Shown piece by piece: positions 25,870-36,800 of a stretch of 64,000 nucleotides of DNA. The DNA lies in the NCBI GenBank assembly GCA_963555825.3, contig CAUVXB020000002.1, forward strand, positions 288,001 to 352,000, read 5' to 3'. The DNA comes from Alphaproteobacteria bacterium (GTDB lineage Bacteria > Pseudomonadota > Alphaproteobacteria > JAAXGF01). The first letter of the stretch is position 1. Each line of letters starts with the position of its first letter. The notes beneath the pieces are model-generated. The model did not search any database. It was not told the DNA's origin and worked only from the letters and a program-made list of their open reading frames with translations. A program made the translations under genes and the position numbers.

Positions 25870-26958
25870 TCACCTCAGCTTCAGGGTGGCGAGGCCGAGC
25901 AGCGCCAGCACGAATGCGATGATCCAAAAGCGGATGACGATGGTCGCCTCGGCCCAGCCCTTCTGCTCGAAATGATGATGCAGCGGCGCCATGCGGAAGA
26001 CGCGCCGCCCGGTGAGCTTGAACGAGACGACCTGCACGATGACCGAAACCGTCTCGAGCACAAACAGGCCCCCGACGATCAAGAGCACCAGCTCGTGCTT
26101 GGTGATTACGCTGACCGCGCCGATCGCACCGCCCGCGGCCAGGCTGCCGGTATCGCCCATGAAGACCATCGCCGGCGGCGCGTTGAACCACAGGAAGCCG
26201 AGGCTCGCGCCGACCAGCGCGCCGCACACGACCGCCAGCTCGCCCGAGCCCGGCACCGGGTGGAGCTGCAGGTAGTTGGCGAACACCGCGTTGCCGACCA
26301 GATAGGCGATCAGCGCGAAGCAGGCCGCGGCGATCATGATCGGAACGATGGCCAGGCCGTCGAGACCGTCGGTCAGGTTGACCGCGTTCGAAGTTCCGAC
26401 CATGACGCAGACCGCGAACGGCACGAAGAACCAGCCGAAGTCGACCAGCACGTCCTTGAGGAACGGCACGGCGACCGTCGAGGCCAACGGGTCGCGCGTC
26501 AACTGCATGATCCAGAGCGTCGCGCCGACGCCGATGGCGACCTCGAGCGCCAGCTTGAGTTTGCCCGACAGACCATGGCTCGACCGCCGCTTTACCTTGA
26601 GATAGTCGTCGATGAAACCGACGCCGCCGAAGCCCAGCGCGACGAGCAGCACGACCCAGACATAACCGCTGGTGACGTCGGCCCACAGCAAGGTAGAAAC
26701 GGTCAGCGCGAGCAGGATCAGGAAGCCGCCCATAGTCGGCGTCCCGGCCTTCTCGATGATGTGCCGCTCGGGCCCGTCGTCGCGGATCGGCTGGCCACTG
26801 CCCTGGCGCGCGCGCAACCAGCGGATCACCGCCGGGCCACAGATGAAGCTGACCAGAAGCGCGGTCAGCACCGCGCCGCCGGTGCGGAAGGTGAGATAGC
26901 GGAACAGGTTGAACGCGCTGAATTCGTCGGCCAGCGGGAACAGGACGTTGAAAAACAT
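25870..26958 (-). CDS. mraY: Phospho-MurNAc-pentapeptide transferase
   Basis: [36 protein letters not shown]. Confidence 0.98.
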   Translation of the reverse strand: MFFNVLFPLADEFSAFNLFRYLTFRTGGAVLTALLVSFICGPAVIRWLRARQGSGQPIRDDGPERHIIEKAGTPTMGGFLILLALTVSTLLWADVTSGYVWVVLLVALGFGGVGFIDDYLKVKRRSSHGLSGKLKLALEVAIGVGATLWIMQLTRDPLASTVAVPFLKDVLVDFGWFFVPFAVCVMVGTSNAVNLTDGLDGLAIVPIMIAAACFALIAYLVGNAVFANYLQLHPVPGSGELAVVCGALVGASLGFLWFNAPPAMVFMGDTGSLAAGGAIGAVSVITKHELVLLIVGGLFVLETVSVIVQVVSFKLTGRRVFRMAPLHHHFEQKGWAEATIVIRFWIIAFVLALLGLATLKLR

Positions 26959-26970
26959 CGGCCCGCCCCC

Positions 26971-28428
26971 TCACCCGCTGCCCGCGGCGCGCGGTGACGG
27001 TTCGCCGTCGCGCGCGCGCAGCGCGTCGATGATGACGCGCATCGCCGGGCGCACGCCGCCGCCGCGCGAACCCTTGACCAGCACGACGTCGCCGCTGCGC
27101 ACGACGGCCGCGACGGGCATCGCGATATGGTCGGGGTTTTCGGCGTGGCCGGCGCGCATGCCGGCCGGCAGAACGTCGCGCAGCTGCGCCATGTGCTGGC
27201 CCACGGTGAACACTTGATCGACGCGCGCGCCGATCAACGCGTCGGCGAGCGTGACGTGCTGTTCGGGCGCCGCCTCGCCGAGCTCGCGCATGTCGCCCAG
27301 CACTGCGATGCGACGGCCGCTCTCGCCCGGCGGCGTGCCGCCCAACAGCGCGATGGCGGCGCGCATCGAGGCCGGGTTGGCGTTGTAGCTTTCGTCGATC
27401 AGCGTGAAGCCATCGCCGTCCAGCGTGATCCGCTCGCGCGCGCCGCGGCCGGCGAGCGGGCGCAGCTCGGCGAGTCCTGGCGCGAGCGTGGCGGCGTCGG
27501 CGCCGGCGGCGTGGACGGCCGCAAGCGCGGCGAGACTGGTCGTCACCCAATGGCGGCCCGGCGCGCCGAGCCGGTAGACGATGCGCGCGCCGTCGAGCGC
27601 GACGGTGACATCGCTGTGCTCGGTTGCAATCTCTGCATCGACGAGACGCAGCGTGGCGTCGGCGTGCTCGCCGAACGAGACCACCTTGGTGACGCCGCAG
27701 GCGTCCGCCGCGATGACCAGGCGGTCGTAGAACCGGTTGTCGCGGTTGAGCACGGCCGTGCCGCCAGCGCCCATGCCCTCGAAAATCTCGGCCTTGGCGT
27801 CGCAGATCGCCTCGAGCGACGCGAAGAATTCGGTGTGTACCGGCTCGACATTGGTGACCACGGCGACGTCGGGCCGCACCAGGCCCGTCAACGGCGCGAT
27901 CTCGCCGGCGTGGTTCATGCCGATCTCGAAGACGCCGAAGCACGCCGCGCGCGGCAGCGCGGCGAGGCTCAGCGGCACGCCCCATTGGTTGTTGAAGCTC
28001 GCCGGATTGGCGAAGCTCGGCCCGGCGGCCGAGAGCAGCAGTCTCAGCGCCTCCTTGGTGCCCGTCTTGCCGACACTGCCGGTAACCGCGATGACGCGCG
28101 CCTGGGCGCGTTCGCGCGCCGCCCTTGCCAGCTTCTCGAGCGCCGCCATGGTGTCGTCGACGACGAGCAGCGGCGCATCCTCGGCAACGCCTTCGGGGTG
28201 ATGGCCGACCAACGCGGCGACCGCGCCTGCGGCCAGCGCATCGGCGACAAAATCGTGACCATCGGCGTTCGGCCCCTCGATGGCGACGAACAGATCACCC
28301 GCCTCGACGTTGCGGCTGTCGGCCGAGACGCCGGAACATGCCCACGCGGCCGCGCCGCGCCCCCCCGTCGCCGCGACCGCCTCGGCCGAGGTCCAAAGCG
28401 GTGCGCCTGCTTGCGGCGTCGGGCTCAT
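26971..28428 (-). CDS. murF: UDP-MurNAc-tripeptide--D-Ala-D-Ala ligase
   Basis: TGSVGKT, EIGMNH, DESYNANP, GDMRELG, KGS. Confidence 0.96.
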   Translation of the reverse strand: MSPTPQAGAPLWTSAEAVAATGGRGAAAWACSGVSADSRNVEAGDLFVAIEGPNADGHDFVADALAAGAVAALVGHHPEGVAEDAPLLVVDDTMAALEKLARAARERAQARVIAVTGSVGKTGTKEALRLLLSAAGPSFANPASFNNQWGVPLSLAALPRAACFGVFEIGMNHAGEIAPLTGLVRPDVAVVTNVEPVHTEFFASLEAICDAKAEIFEGMGAGGTAVLNRDNRFYDRLVIAADACGVTKVVSFGEHADATLRLVDAEIATEHSDVTVALDGARIVYRLGAPGRHWVTTSLAALAAVHAAGADAATLAPGLAELRPLAGRGARERITLDGDGFTLIDESYNANPASMRAAIALLGGTPPGESGRRIAVLGDMRELGEAAPEQHVTLADALIGARVDQVFTVGQHMAQLRDVLPAGMRAGHAENPDHIAMPVAAVVRSGDVVLVKGSRGGGVRPAMRVIIDALRARDGEPSPRAAGSG

Positions 28429-29885
28429 GGCGCCGCGCTCTCGAGTGCCGCGACCGCGTCGCGGGCGGCGGTCGCGTCGTCGAACGGGATAACGCGGTCG
28501 CCGATGATCTGGCCCTGCTCGTGCCCCTTGCCGGCGATGACCAGCACATCGCCCGCGGCGAGACCCGCGACGGCAGCGCCGATCGCGTCGGCGCGGTCGC
28601 CGATCTCGGTCGCGTCGGGGCAACCGGCAAGGATCTCGCGGCGGATCGCAACCGGGTCCTCGGTGCGCGGGTTGTCGTCGGTGACGATCGGCCAATCGCC
28701 TAGCGCGGCGGCGATTTCACCCATCATCGGCCGCTTGGCGCGGTCGCGGTCACCGCCACAGCCGAACACGACGACCAGTCGGCCGATCGCCTGCGGTCGC
28801 AGCGCGCGCAGCACGTTGGCGAGCGCATCGGGCTTGTGCGAATAGTCGACGTAGATCGGCGCGCTGGAGGGATGGCGGGCGACCAGCTCGATGCGGCCGG
28901 GCACGCCGGCGAGGTCTTCAAGCGCGCCGAGCGCGGCGTCGGCGGCGACCCCGGTGGCGATCGCCAGGCCCGCCGCGCAGACCGCGTTGAGCGCCTGATA
29001 GTCGGCGGCGAGCGGGAACGCCAGGTCGCGGCGCGCGCCGTCGACGACGACGGTGAGACGCTGGCCGTCGCCGTCGGCCGTCGCCGAAACGAGCTGCAGA
29101 TCGCAAGCGCCGCGGCCATAGCCGACGACGCGGTGGCCGCGCATCTCGCAGGTCTCGCGCACACGCGCGTATTCGGGCGCGTCGACATTGATCAGCGCGG
29201 TGCCGCCCGGCGCCATCACCGTGTCGAACAGGTGCAGCTTGGCGGCAAGGTAATGCTCGAGCGTCGGGTGGTAATCGAGGTGGTCCCGCGACAGGTTGGT
29301 GAACGCGCCGGCGGCGACGCGCACGCCGTCCATGCGGCACTGGTCGAGCCCGTGGCTCGACGCCTCGATCGCCAGATGGTCGATGCCGGCGCCGGCGATC
29401 CCAGCCAGGCACTGGTGCAGCGTGACCGGGTCGGGCGTGGTGTGCGGCAGCTTGCGCGCGACGCCCACGCCGATGACGCCGAGGGTGCCGAGCGAGGCCG
29501 CCGCGTGGCCACTGTGCGTCCAGATCTGGCGCAGGAAATCGGCGACCGAGGTCTTGCCGCTGGTGCCCGTGACGGCGGCGACGACGTCGGGCTGGACGCC
29601 GTAGAAACGCGCCGCCATAAGCGCCAGACGCCGGCGCGGGTTGGCGTCGGCGACCAGCAGGGCGCGATCGGCCGGCACATCGAGGCGCGGCTCGTCGGCC
29701 GCCAGCACCACGACGGCGCCGCGGACCAGCGCGTCGGCGACATAATCGGCGCCATCGGCGTGACTGCCACGCAGAGCGGCGAAGAGATAGCCAGGCCTGA
29801 CCTCGCGCGAATCGGCGGTAAGGCCGAGAACCTCGACGTTCCGGGCGCCGTCGACCGCGCTGTCGAGCAGTTCAGAAAGCAACAC
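28425..29885 (-). CDS. murE: UDP-MurNAc-dipeptide--meso-DAP ligase
   Basis: TGTSGKT, EASSH, DHLDYH, DNPR (meso-DAP specificity), AGKGHE. Confidence 0.96.
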   Translation of the reverse strand: MLLSELLDSAVDGARNVEVLGLTADSREVRPGYLFAALRGSHADGADYVADALVRGAVVVLAADEPRLDVPADRALLVADANPRRRLALMAARFYGVQPDVVAAVTGTSGKTSVADFLRQIWTHSGHAAASLGTLGVIGVGVARKLPHTTPDPVTLHQCLAGIAGAGIDHLAIEASSHGLDQCRMDGVRVAAGAFTNLSRDHLDYHPTLEHYLAAKLHLFDTVMAPGGTALINVDAPEYARVRETCEMRGHRVVGYGRGACDLQLVSATADGDGQRLTVVVDGARRDLAFPLAADYQALNAVCAAGLAIATGVAADAALGALEDLAGVPGRIELVARHPSSAPIYVDYSHKPDALANVLRALRPQAIGRLVVVFGCGGDRDRAKRPMMGEIAAALGDWPIVTDDNPRTEDPVAIRREILAGCPDATEIGDRADAIGAAVAGLAAGDVLVIAGKGHEQGQIIGDRVIPFDDATAARDAVAALESAAP

Positions 29886-31614
29886 CCAGGCCCTCCTCGC
29901 CGGCGACCTTGATGTAGAGCCCCTGGCCGCCATCCGGCGCGGCGTCGTCGATCGGCGCAACGCCCAGCATCGGCCCGATTCGCCGGATGACACGCCCGAC
30001 CGCGGGCGCCGCGGTCCAGCCGCCGGTCGCGTAATTGAAGGTCGCCTCGGTGCCCTGCGGCTCGTCGAACATGACGAAGACGACGTAGCGCGGCGCGTTC
30101 ATCGGAAAGGCGGCGACGAATGAGGAGATCAGCGACTTCTCGGCGTAGCCGTTGGCCGACGCCTTCTCGGCGGTTCCGGTCTTGCCGCCAACCATATAGC
30201 CGGGCACCGCCGCCTTGCCGCCGGTGCCGCTGGCGACAACGAGATGCAGCAGCGCGCGCATTTTGAGCGACGTCTCGGGCGAGATCGCGCGCCAGCCGAT
30301 CAGCGGCTCGCCGCCGCTACGCTTGATGAGCGTGGCCGGGTGATAGACGCCGCCGTTGACCACCGAGGCGACCGCCGAGGAGAGCTGCAAGGGGCTGACC
30401 GCGACGCCATGGCCGAAAGCGATCGTCATGGTGTTGATCTCGCGCCACGGGCTCGGCACGATCGGCGCCGCGACCTCGGGCAACTCGATGTCGGCCGGGC
30501 GCAACAGGCCGAAGCGCGCCAGGTAGTCGCGCTGCACCTCGGTGCCGACGTCGAGCGCCATCTTGGCGCTGCCGATATTCGATGAGTAGGCAAAGATCTC
30601 CGAGACCGTCAGCCAGCGGTTCTTCGGCTTGTAGTCGCGGATGACGAAGCGCGCGACGCGCAGCGGTTTGCTGGCGTCGTATTTGTCGGTCAGGCCGGCG
30701 ATGCCCGAATCGAGCGCCATCGCCGTGTTGAACACCTTGAAGGTCGAGCCCATCTCGTAGGCGCCGAGGGTGGCGCGGTTGAAGCGCGCCTCGCCGTCCC
30801 CCGGACCGAGATGATTGGGGTCGAAGTCGGGCAGCGACGACAGCGCCAGCACCTCGCCCGACGTGACGTCGAGCACGACGCCGGCGGCGCCGAGCGCGCT
30901 GAACTCGGTCATGCCGGCGCGCAGCTCCTCGCGCAGCACGTGCTGGATGCGCGCATCGAGCGACAGCCGAAGCGGCTCGGCCGGGCCACGCGGCGGCGCG
31001 CGCAGAACATCGTCGAACGCCTTCTCGACGCCGGCGAGCCCGCGGTTGTCGATGTCGGCGAAGCCGGCGACATGGGCGAACAGCGAACCGAGCGGATAGG
31101 CCCGGCGCTCCTCGCGCTGGAAGCCGACGCCGGGCAGCCCGAGCCGGTTGATCGCGACCTGCTGGCGCGGTGTCAGATTGCGCTTGAGCCAGACGAAGCG
31201 GCGCTCGCTGGTCAGCTTGCTCAAGAGCTCGGCGTGGCTGACGCCGGGCAGCACGGCGGCCAGCTCGTCGGCGGTCTCGCGCGCATCCATGACGCGCTTG
31301 GGATCGGCGTAGAGCGAGGCGGTCAGCAGGTTGGTGGCGAGCAGCACGCCGTTGCGGTCGACGATGTCGGAGCGCGCGAAACGCGCATGGCTCTCGGCGG
31401 CGGTCGGCGTGAAGCGCGGCTCGAAGCCATCCTTGAACAGCGTCACGTCGACGAGGCGGACACCGATCACGAGATAGGCGAGCGAGAGCAGCGCGCCGGC
31501 CAGGACCAGACGGTGGCGGCCCATCTTGAGCGCGCGGCTCGCGGTGCCGTCGATCGTCACGCGGCCGTGGACAACGGCGTCTCGGTCGAGGCGGCTGTCG
31601 TCCTTAGGGTTCAT
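29872..31614 (-). CDS. ftsI: Class B PBP, peptidoglycan transpeptidase FtsI
   Basis: STFK, SSN, KTG motifs. Confidence 0.96.
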   Translation of the reverse strand: MNPKDDSRLDRDAVVHGRVTIDGTASRALKMGRHRLVLAGALLSLAYLVIGVRLVDVTLFKDGFEPRFTPTAAESHARFARSDIVDRNGVLLATNLLTASLYADPKRVMDARETADELAAVLPGVSHAELLSKLTSERRFVWLKRNLTPRQQVAINRLGLPGVGFQREERRAYPLGSLFAHVAGFADIDNRGLAGVEKAFDDVLRAPPRGPAEPLRLSLDARIQHVLREELRAGMTEFSALGAAGVVLDVTSGEVLALSSLPDFDPNHLGPGDGEARFNRATLGAYEMGSTFKVFNTAMALDSGIAGLTDKYDASKPLRVARFVIRDYKPKNRWLTVSEIFAYSSNIGSAKMALDVGTEVQRDYLARFGLLRPADIELPEVAAPIVPSPWREINTMTIAFGHGVAVSPLQLSSAVASVVNGGVYHPATLIKRSGGEPLIGWRAISPETSLKMRALLHLVVASGTGGKAAVPGYMVGGKTGTAEKASANGYAEKSLISSFVAAFPMNAPRYVVFVMFDEPQGTEATFNYATGGWTAAPAVGRVIRRIGPMLGVAPIDDAAPDGGQGLYIKVAGEEGLGVAF

Positions 31615-31624
31615 GGGCCGGCCC

Positions 31625-31942
31625 TCACTCGGCGCCGTCGAGATCGGCGACGACGGCGCCGTCGATCGGCCGGGGCGGCAATGCGGTGATGGCGCCGACC
31701 TGGTTCGGCGCGACCGGGACGAGCGCGAGATGGCGGCCGGCGAGCCGGCTCAGCCGGTCGGGCCGGTTCAGATAGCTCCACTCGGCACGCAGCACGTGGA
31801 TCGATTCCTGGCTCGTGATCAGCTCGCGCTCGAGCTGCGCCAGCGCACCCTCGGAACGCTGCACCGCGTGCTTGAGCTGGTAGAGCCCGAACGCCATCGA
31901 ACCGATCACGCCGACCCACACGACCTTGGAGGACACGCTCAT
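31625..31942 (-). CDS. ftsL: Cell division protein FtsL-like
   Basis: TM plus coiled coil, [15 protein letters not shown]; position between rsmH and ftsI. Confidence 0.85.
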   Translation of the reverse strand: MSVSSKVVWVGVIGSMAFGLYQLKHAVQRSEGALAQLERELITSQESIHVLRAEWSYLNRPDRLSRLAGRHLALVPVAPNQVGAITALPPRPIDGAVVADLDGAE

Positions 31943-32907
31943 GCCGCCGCCTCCCAGGCCGCCGCGCCGGTGCGCTCGGCAACGCGCAGCTTGGCCGAAC
32001 GGGCGCGCGGGTTGGCCGCGGTCTCGTCGGCGGCCGGCGTCTGCGGCCGGCGGGTGATCAACCGGAACGACGGCGCGCGGTGGTCGGTGCTTTCAGGCGC
32101 GTGGCGGCTCGGCCGCGGCGTGCGGCCCGCGCGCGCGCCCAAGAACCGTTTGACGCGCCGGTCCTCGAGCGAATGGAACGCGACGACGGCCAGCCGGCCG
32201 TTCTCGGCGAGCAGCCGCTCGGCCGCGCGAAGACCGCGGTCGAGCTCGCCGAGCTCGTCGTTGACGTGGATGCGCAGCGCCTGGAAGGTGCGCGTCGCCG
32301 GATCGATGCCGTCGGCCGAGGGCCGCACCATGCGCCGGACGATGGTCGCCAGCTCGGCGGTGCGCGTGATCGGCCGCTCTGTGCGCGCGGCGACGATGGC
32401 CTTGGCGACGCGGCGCGCCCAGCGCTCTTCGCCGTATTCGAAGATGATCGTCGCGAGCTCGCGTTCGTCGCGCCCGTTGACCACGTCGGCGGCGCTCTCG
32501 CCGGCCTGTTCCATGCGCATGTCGAGCGGTCCGTCGCGGCCGAAAGAGAAGCCGCGCTCGGCGATATCGAGCTGCATCGACGACACGCCGAGGTCGAGCG
32601 CGACGCCGTCGACGGCCTCGACGCCTTGGGCGGCGAGCAATCGGTCCATCTCGCCGAAGCGACCGGCGAGCACGCTCAGCCGGCCGGTGAATTCGCGCAC
32701 CAGCGGCGCCGCGCCGGCGACCGCCGACGGGTCGCGGTCGATCGCCCAGACGGTGCAGCGCGCCGCCTCGAGGAGCGCCCGGCTGTAGCCGCCCGCGCCG
32801 AAGGTGCCGTCGACGTAGATGCCGCCGTCGCGTGGTTCGAGTGCGGCGGCGACCTCGCGCAACATGACCGGCTGGTGGCCGCCGCCACGGCGTCCGGCGC
32901 TAGCCAT
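31939..32907 (-). CDS. rsmH: 16S rRNA m4C1402 methyltransferase
   Basis: [37 protein letters not shown]. Confidence 0.97.
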   Translation of the reverse strand: MASAGRRGGGHQPVMLREVAAALEPRDGGIYVDGTFGAGGYSRALLEAARCTVWAIDRDPSAVAGAAPLVREFTGRLSVLAGRFGEMDRLLAAQGVEAVDGVALDLGVSSMQLDIAERGFSFGRDGPLDMRMEQAGESAADVVNGRDERELATIIFEYGEERWARRVAKAIVAARTERPITRTAELATIVRRMVRPSADGIDPATRTFQALRIHVNDELGELDRGLRAAERLLAENGRLAVVAFHSLEDRRVKRFLGARAGRTPRPSRHAPESTDHRAPSFRLITRRPQTPAADETAANPRARSAKLRVAERTGAAAWEAAA

Positions 32908-33376
32908 CGCCGGCGCCCTTCGGCGGCTCGAGCGAGAGCGTCGCGCGCGCGGCCTGCGCGCGCTGGCGCGCCGCCGTCTGGAAGGCCTGCAGCGCGTCGG
33001 GCTGCCAGATCTGGAAGGTCGCGCCGCGGCCGACGAAGGCGGCGTGCTCGGCGATCTTTGCGCGCTCGATCAAATGGCGCGGCAGGATGACCCGGCCCTC
33101 GCCGTCGAACGGCAGCTGGACCGAATCGCCGAAGATGGTGTTGGCGAAGTCGCCATGTTCGTCGGAGAACGGGTTCAGCCGATCGACGCTGGCGCTCAAC
33201 TGCTCCATCCGGTCGATGCCGCATGCCTCGATGGCGTCGTAGTTTTCGTTGAGCGACGGGAAGGCGACGATGCCCTGGAAGCTCTGCGACCCGAGCGCGG
33301 CGCGGAACGGCGCCGGCACGGACACCCGCCCCTTGCGATCGATGCGATTGATGAACGTGGACAGAAACAGCGCCAC
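32900..33376 (-). CDS. mraZ: Transcriptional regulator MraZ
   Basis: Two DxxGR motifs (DRKGR, DGEGR); first gene of the dcw cluster. Confidence 0.95.
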   Translation of the reverse strand: MALFLSTFINRIDRKGRVSVPAPFRAALGSQSFQGIVAFPSLNENYDAIEACGIDRMEQLSASVDRLNPFSDEHGDFANTIFGDSVQLPFDGEGRVILPRHLIERAKIAEHAAFVGRGATFQIWQPDALQAFQTAARQRAQAARATLSLEPPKGAGDG

Positions 33377-33461
33377 GTCGTCGCTCCCCAGCCAGTTGTC
33401 ATCCCATCCGCGGCACGATTACGGCCCATGCCCAGCCCGCGCGTCCCATGGATGATCGGCT

Positions 33462-33501
33462 TGGGACTATTTGGGATATCATGGGATACAATGGGCGTCA
33501 A
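33462..33501 (-). promoter_or_regulatory. dcw promoter with four MraZ boxes
   Basis: TGGGN at 33462, 33472, 33482, 33492 (10-bp period); TTGACG on the minus strand at 33496-33501. Confidence 0.75.
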
Positions 33502-33569
33502 TGCCAAACCCTATGGAAAATGCGGTTTCTGTTAAGAAATTTCGGGGCTTAGAAAGCAGCGTCGATCCA

Positions 33570-33584
33570 GAACATGAATAGAAC
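33570..33584. promoter_or_regulatory. Alphaproteobacterial LexA-type box
   Basis: GAAC-ATGAATA-GAAC (GAAC-N7-GAAC). Confidence 0.6.
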
Positions 33585-33652
33585 GAAGTTAAACCGACAC
33601 TCTAACTTCGCGAGTCCTTCGTGACACTAGGCGAAGAATGTGGCGAATTTAT

Positions 33653-33667
33653 GTTCGTTCTATGTTC
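33653..33667. promoter_or_regulatory. Alphaproteobacterial LexA-type box, opposite orientation
   Basis: GTTC-GTTCTAT-GTTC. Confidence 0.6.
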
Positions 33668-33861
33668 CTGATGAGCCGCAATTTATGGTGTCCCGCGTCG
33701 GTCGGCGATCAATCACTGGCGTTGCGCTCCGAAAACGCGCCGGGCGGTCTGTCGGCGCCCGTCGGTTCGCCGGGTGGAGTGGCCCGACGCGCCGAGCTGT
33801 GTTAGCGTCGTTCATCAACACGAAATCCTGATCCATACAGCCGGTTGGCAAGGAGAGGCAA

Positions 33862-36800
33862 ATGCCCAATCCAGCCACGATCCGGGAGCAGCGCCTTCGC
33901 AAGACGAAGGCGCAACTGATCGACGAGATCGATACGCTCGAACGGCGCGACGCGGCGTTTGAAGTCGGACGAGATGGCTATGCGTCCGGGGGCGGGAAAC
34001 CGCCGTCGAGCGACGATTACCTGGCCAGTCAGGCGCTCCTTGATCTCGCCAAGTTCCCTTCCGAGAACCCCAATCCCGTTCTAAGAGTGACACCCGAAGG
34101 TGGGCTGCTTTATGCCAACGACGCCGCGCAGGCGGTTAAGGGTCTGGTAACGGGCAGGAAGAAAGACCGGCTTCCGAGCAAGCTCGCGAAACTCGCCACC
34201 AAGGTCTCGCGTACGGCCGCGGCTCGGCAGCCCGAGTTCCGTAGCGGTGACCACATCTTCGCCCTCGCGCTGACGCCCGTGGGCGGTGAGTCCTACATCA
34301 ACATCTACGGCCGCGACATCACCGAGCGCAAGCGGGCCGAAGAGGCGCTGCGGGAGAGCGAGCGGCGGTTCAGGTCCATCCTGAAGGACAGCCCCATCGC
34401 CGTCGCCGCTGTCCGCTCGTCGGATAGAGAGATCATCTATGCCAACCCGCGCATATATGAAATGTTCCGAATCGACGAGCAGCAACTGGGTACCCAGGGG
34501 GCCAAGAGCTATTACGTCGATGACGCGGACAGAGAGCGCATGGCCGAGCTCTTGAAGAGCGACGGGTTCGTCCACGACGAGGAAACGCGGCTCAAACGAG
34601 GCGACGGGACCGAGTTCTGGGCGACGGTTTCGTTCATGGACATCGACTACGCCGGCGAGCCGGGAAGCTTGGCCTGGTTCTACGACATCACCGAGCGCAA
34701 ACAAGCCGAGGAGGAACTGGCGGAGAAGGAAGCGCAACTCCGGGTCGCGCTGGACAACATGCCGGGCGGCATGATGCTTGGCGATCAAGACCTGAACTAT
34801 GTGCTCTTCAATGGGCAGTACAGCGAACTGCACGATTACCCGGAGGGTTTTCTCAAGGTCGGGATGTCTTTGCGCGAGGAGGCGCGCTTTCAGGTCGAGC
34901 GCGGCGACTACGGCCCTGGGAAGAAGGACGAGTTGGTGGAACAGTTGCTCGACCTTTACCAGGGAGGTCAAGCGACAAGTTGGGAGCGAACCCTCCCCAA
35001 CGGACGGACACTCCGCTTCAACATGGCGCCAACGCCGGAGGGCGGCAATGCCACGATCGCCACTGACATCACCGAGATCAAGCAGGCCGAACAGGCGGCA
35101 GCCGAGGCGCAGGCGTTACTGAACGACGCGATCGACTCTATCTCGGAGGGCTTCGCGCTGTACGACGCCGACGACCGGCTCGTGCTGTGCAACAAGACGT
35201 ACAGGGACCTCTGGGGCTACTCCGACACCGAGGCCGCGCCCGGCGTCCATTGGGACGATCTCGATCGCCTCGACGTCGAGCGGGGCACCGTCATCGGCGA
35301 GGGCAGCGGCATGGCTGGCTCACCTTGGCGTATTGCATTATCTCGGCGGCGACAGAGACAATCGATCGAGATCCAATTCACCGATGGCCGCTGGGTGACG
35401 ATCCGCGATCGTAAGACGGCGGCCGGCGGCAGCGTCAGCATCCAGACCGACATTACCGAGCTCAAGCGGGTCGAGGAGGCGCTGCGTGAGCAGACGAAAA
35501 CCGTGGGCCTCCTGCACCAGACCGCGTTCGACGCCAATCAGGCCCAGGACGTCGAACACGCGCTGAAGGGCTGTCTCGATTCGATTTGCGCCTATACCGG
35601 CTGGCCGGTGGGACATGTTTACGTCCGGGCACCGGGTGAGCTGGCCAAGCTGGTCCCCTCGATGGTCTGGCACCTCGACAAGCCCAGGCGGTTCGCCAAC
35701 TTCCGCAAGGTCACCGAAAAGGCCACGTTCGAGTCCGGCGTCGGCCTGCCCGGCCGCGTGCTGGAGACCGGCGAGCCTGCCTGGATCGTCGACGTCACCA
35801 AGGATAAGAACTTCCCCAGGGCCAAGCTGGCAAAGAACATCGGTGTCAAGGCCGGTTTCGCGATTCCGGTGCTGACCGGGTCCGAGGTGGTGGCGGTGCT
35901 GGAGTTCTTCTCCCCAGAAGCCGTCGAACCGGACGAGGCGCTGCTCGACGTCCTCAACAACATCGGCGGGCAAGTCGGCCGGGTAATCGAACGCAAACGC
36001 GCCGAAGAAGAGCTGGCCAGGAAGGAGGCGCAGCTTCGTGTCGCCTTGGACAACATGCCGGGCGGCATGATGCTTGGCGATCAAGACCTGAACTACGTAC
36101 TCTTCAATGCGCAGTATAGCCAGTTGTTCGATTTACCCGAGGGCCTCATCCGGGTGGGCGGGTCGGTGCTGGACGTGTTGCGCTATCGGGCCGAACGCGG
36201 CGACTTCGGCCCAGGCGATGCGGGCGAGCTGATAGAGCAGGTGGTCGATCGTTACCGGCGTGGCGAGGCGAACAGCCTCGAGCGAAATATCCCCGGCGGA
36301 CCGACGCTTCAAGTCGACATCGCGCCGACGCCCGAGGGCGGCTACGTCACGATCGCGACCGACATCACCGAGCGCAAGCGAGCAGAGGAGGCGCTGCGCG
36401 AGGCGAAGCGACGGTCGGAGGAAGCCAGCAAGTTGGTTGCCGAAAAGAACCAGATGCTCGAATCGCTGTCGAACCAGCTCGCGAAATACCTCTCGCCGCA
36501 GGTCTACGACTCGATCTTCGCCGGCAAACAGAGCGTCGAGATCGCGTCGAAGCGGAAGAAGCTGACCGTCTTCTTCTCCGACATCGCCGATTTCGCAGGG
36601 ACCACTGACAGCCTGGAGTCCGAGGAACTGACCAACCTCCTGAACCACTATCTGACCGAGATGTCGAAGATTGCCCTCGACCACGGCGCGACGATCGACA
36701 AATACGTCGGCGACGCCATCATCGCGTTCTTCGGCGACCCGGAAACTCGCGGCGTCAAGGAAGACGCGAGAGCTTGCGTGAACATGGCGATCGCTATGCA

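Noticed and set aside
33530-33610. CtrA boxes upstream of mraZ
   Set aside because: TTAA half-sites are present but none with the TTAA-N7-TTAA spacing.
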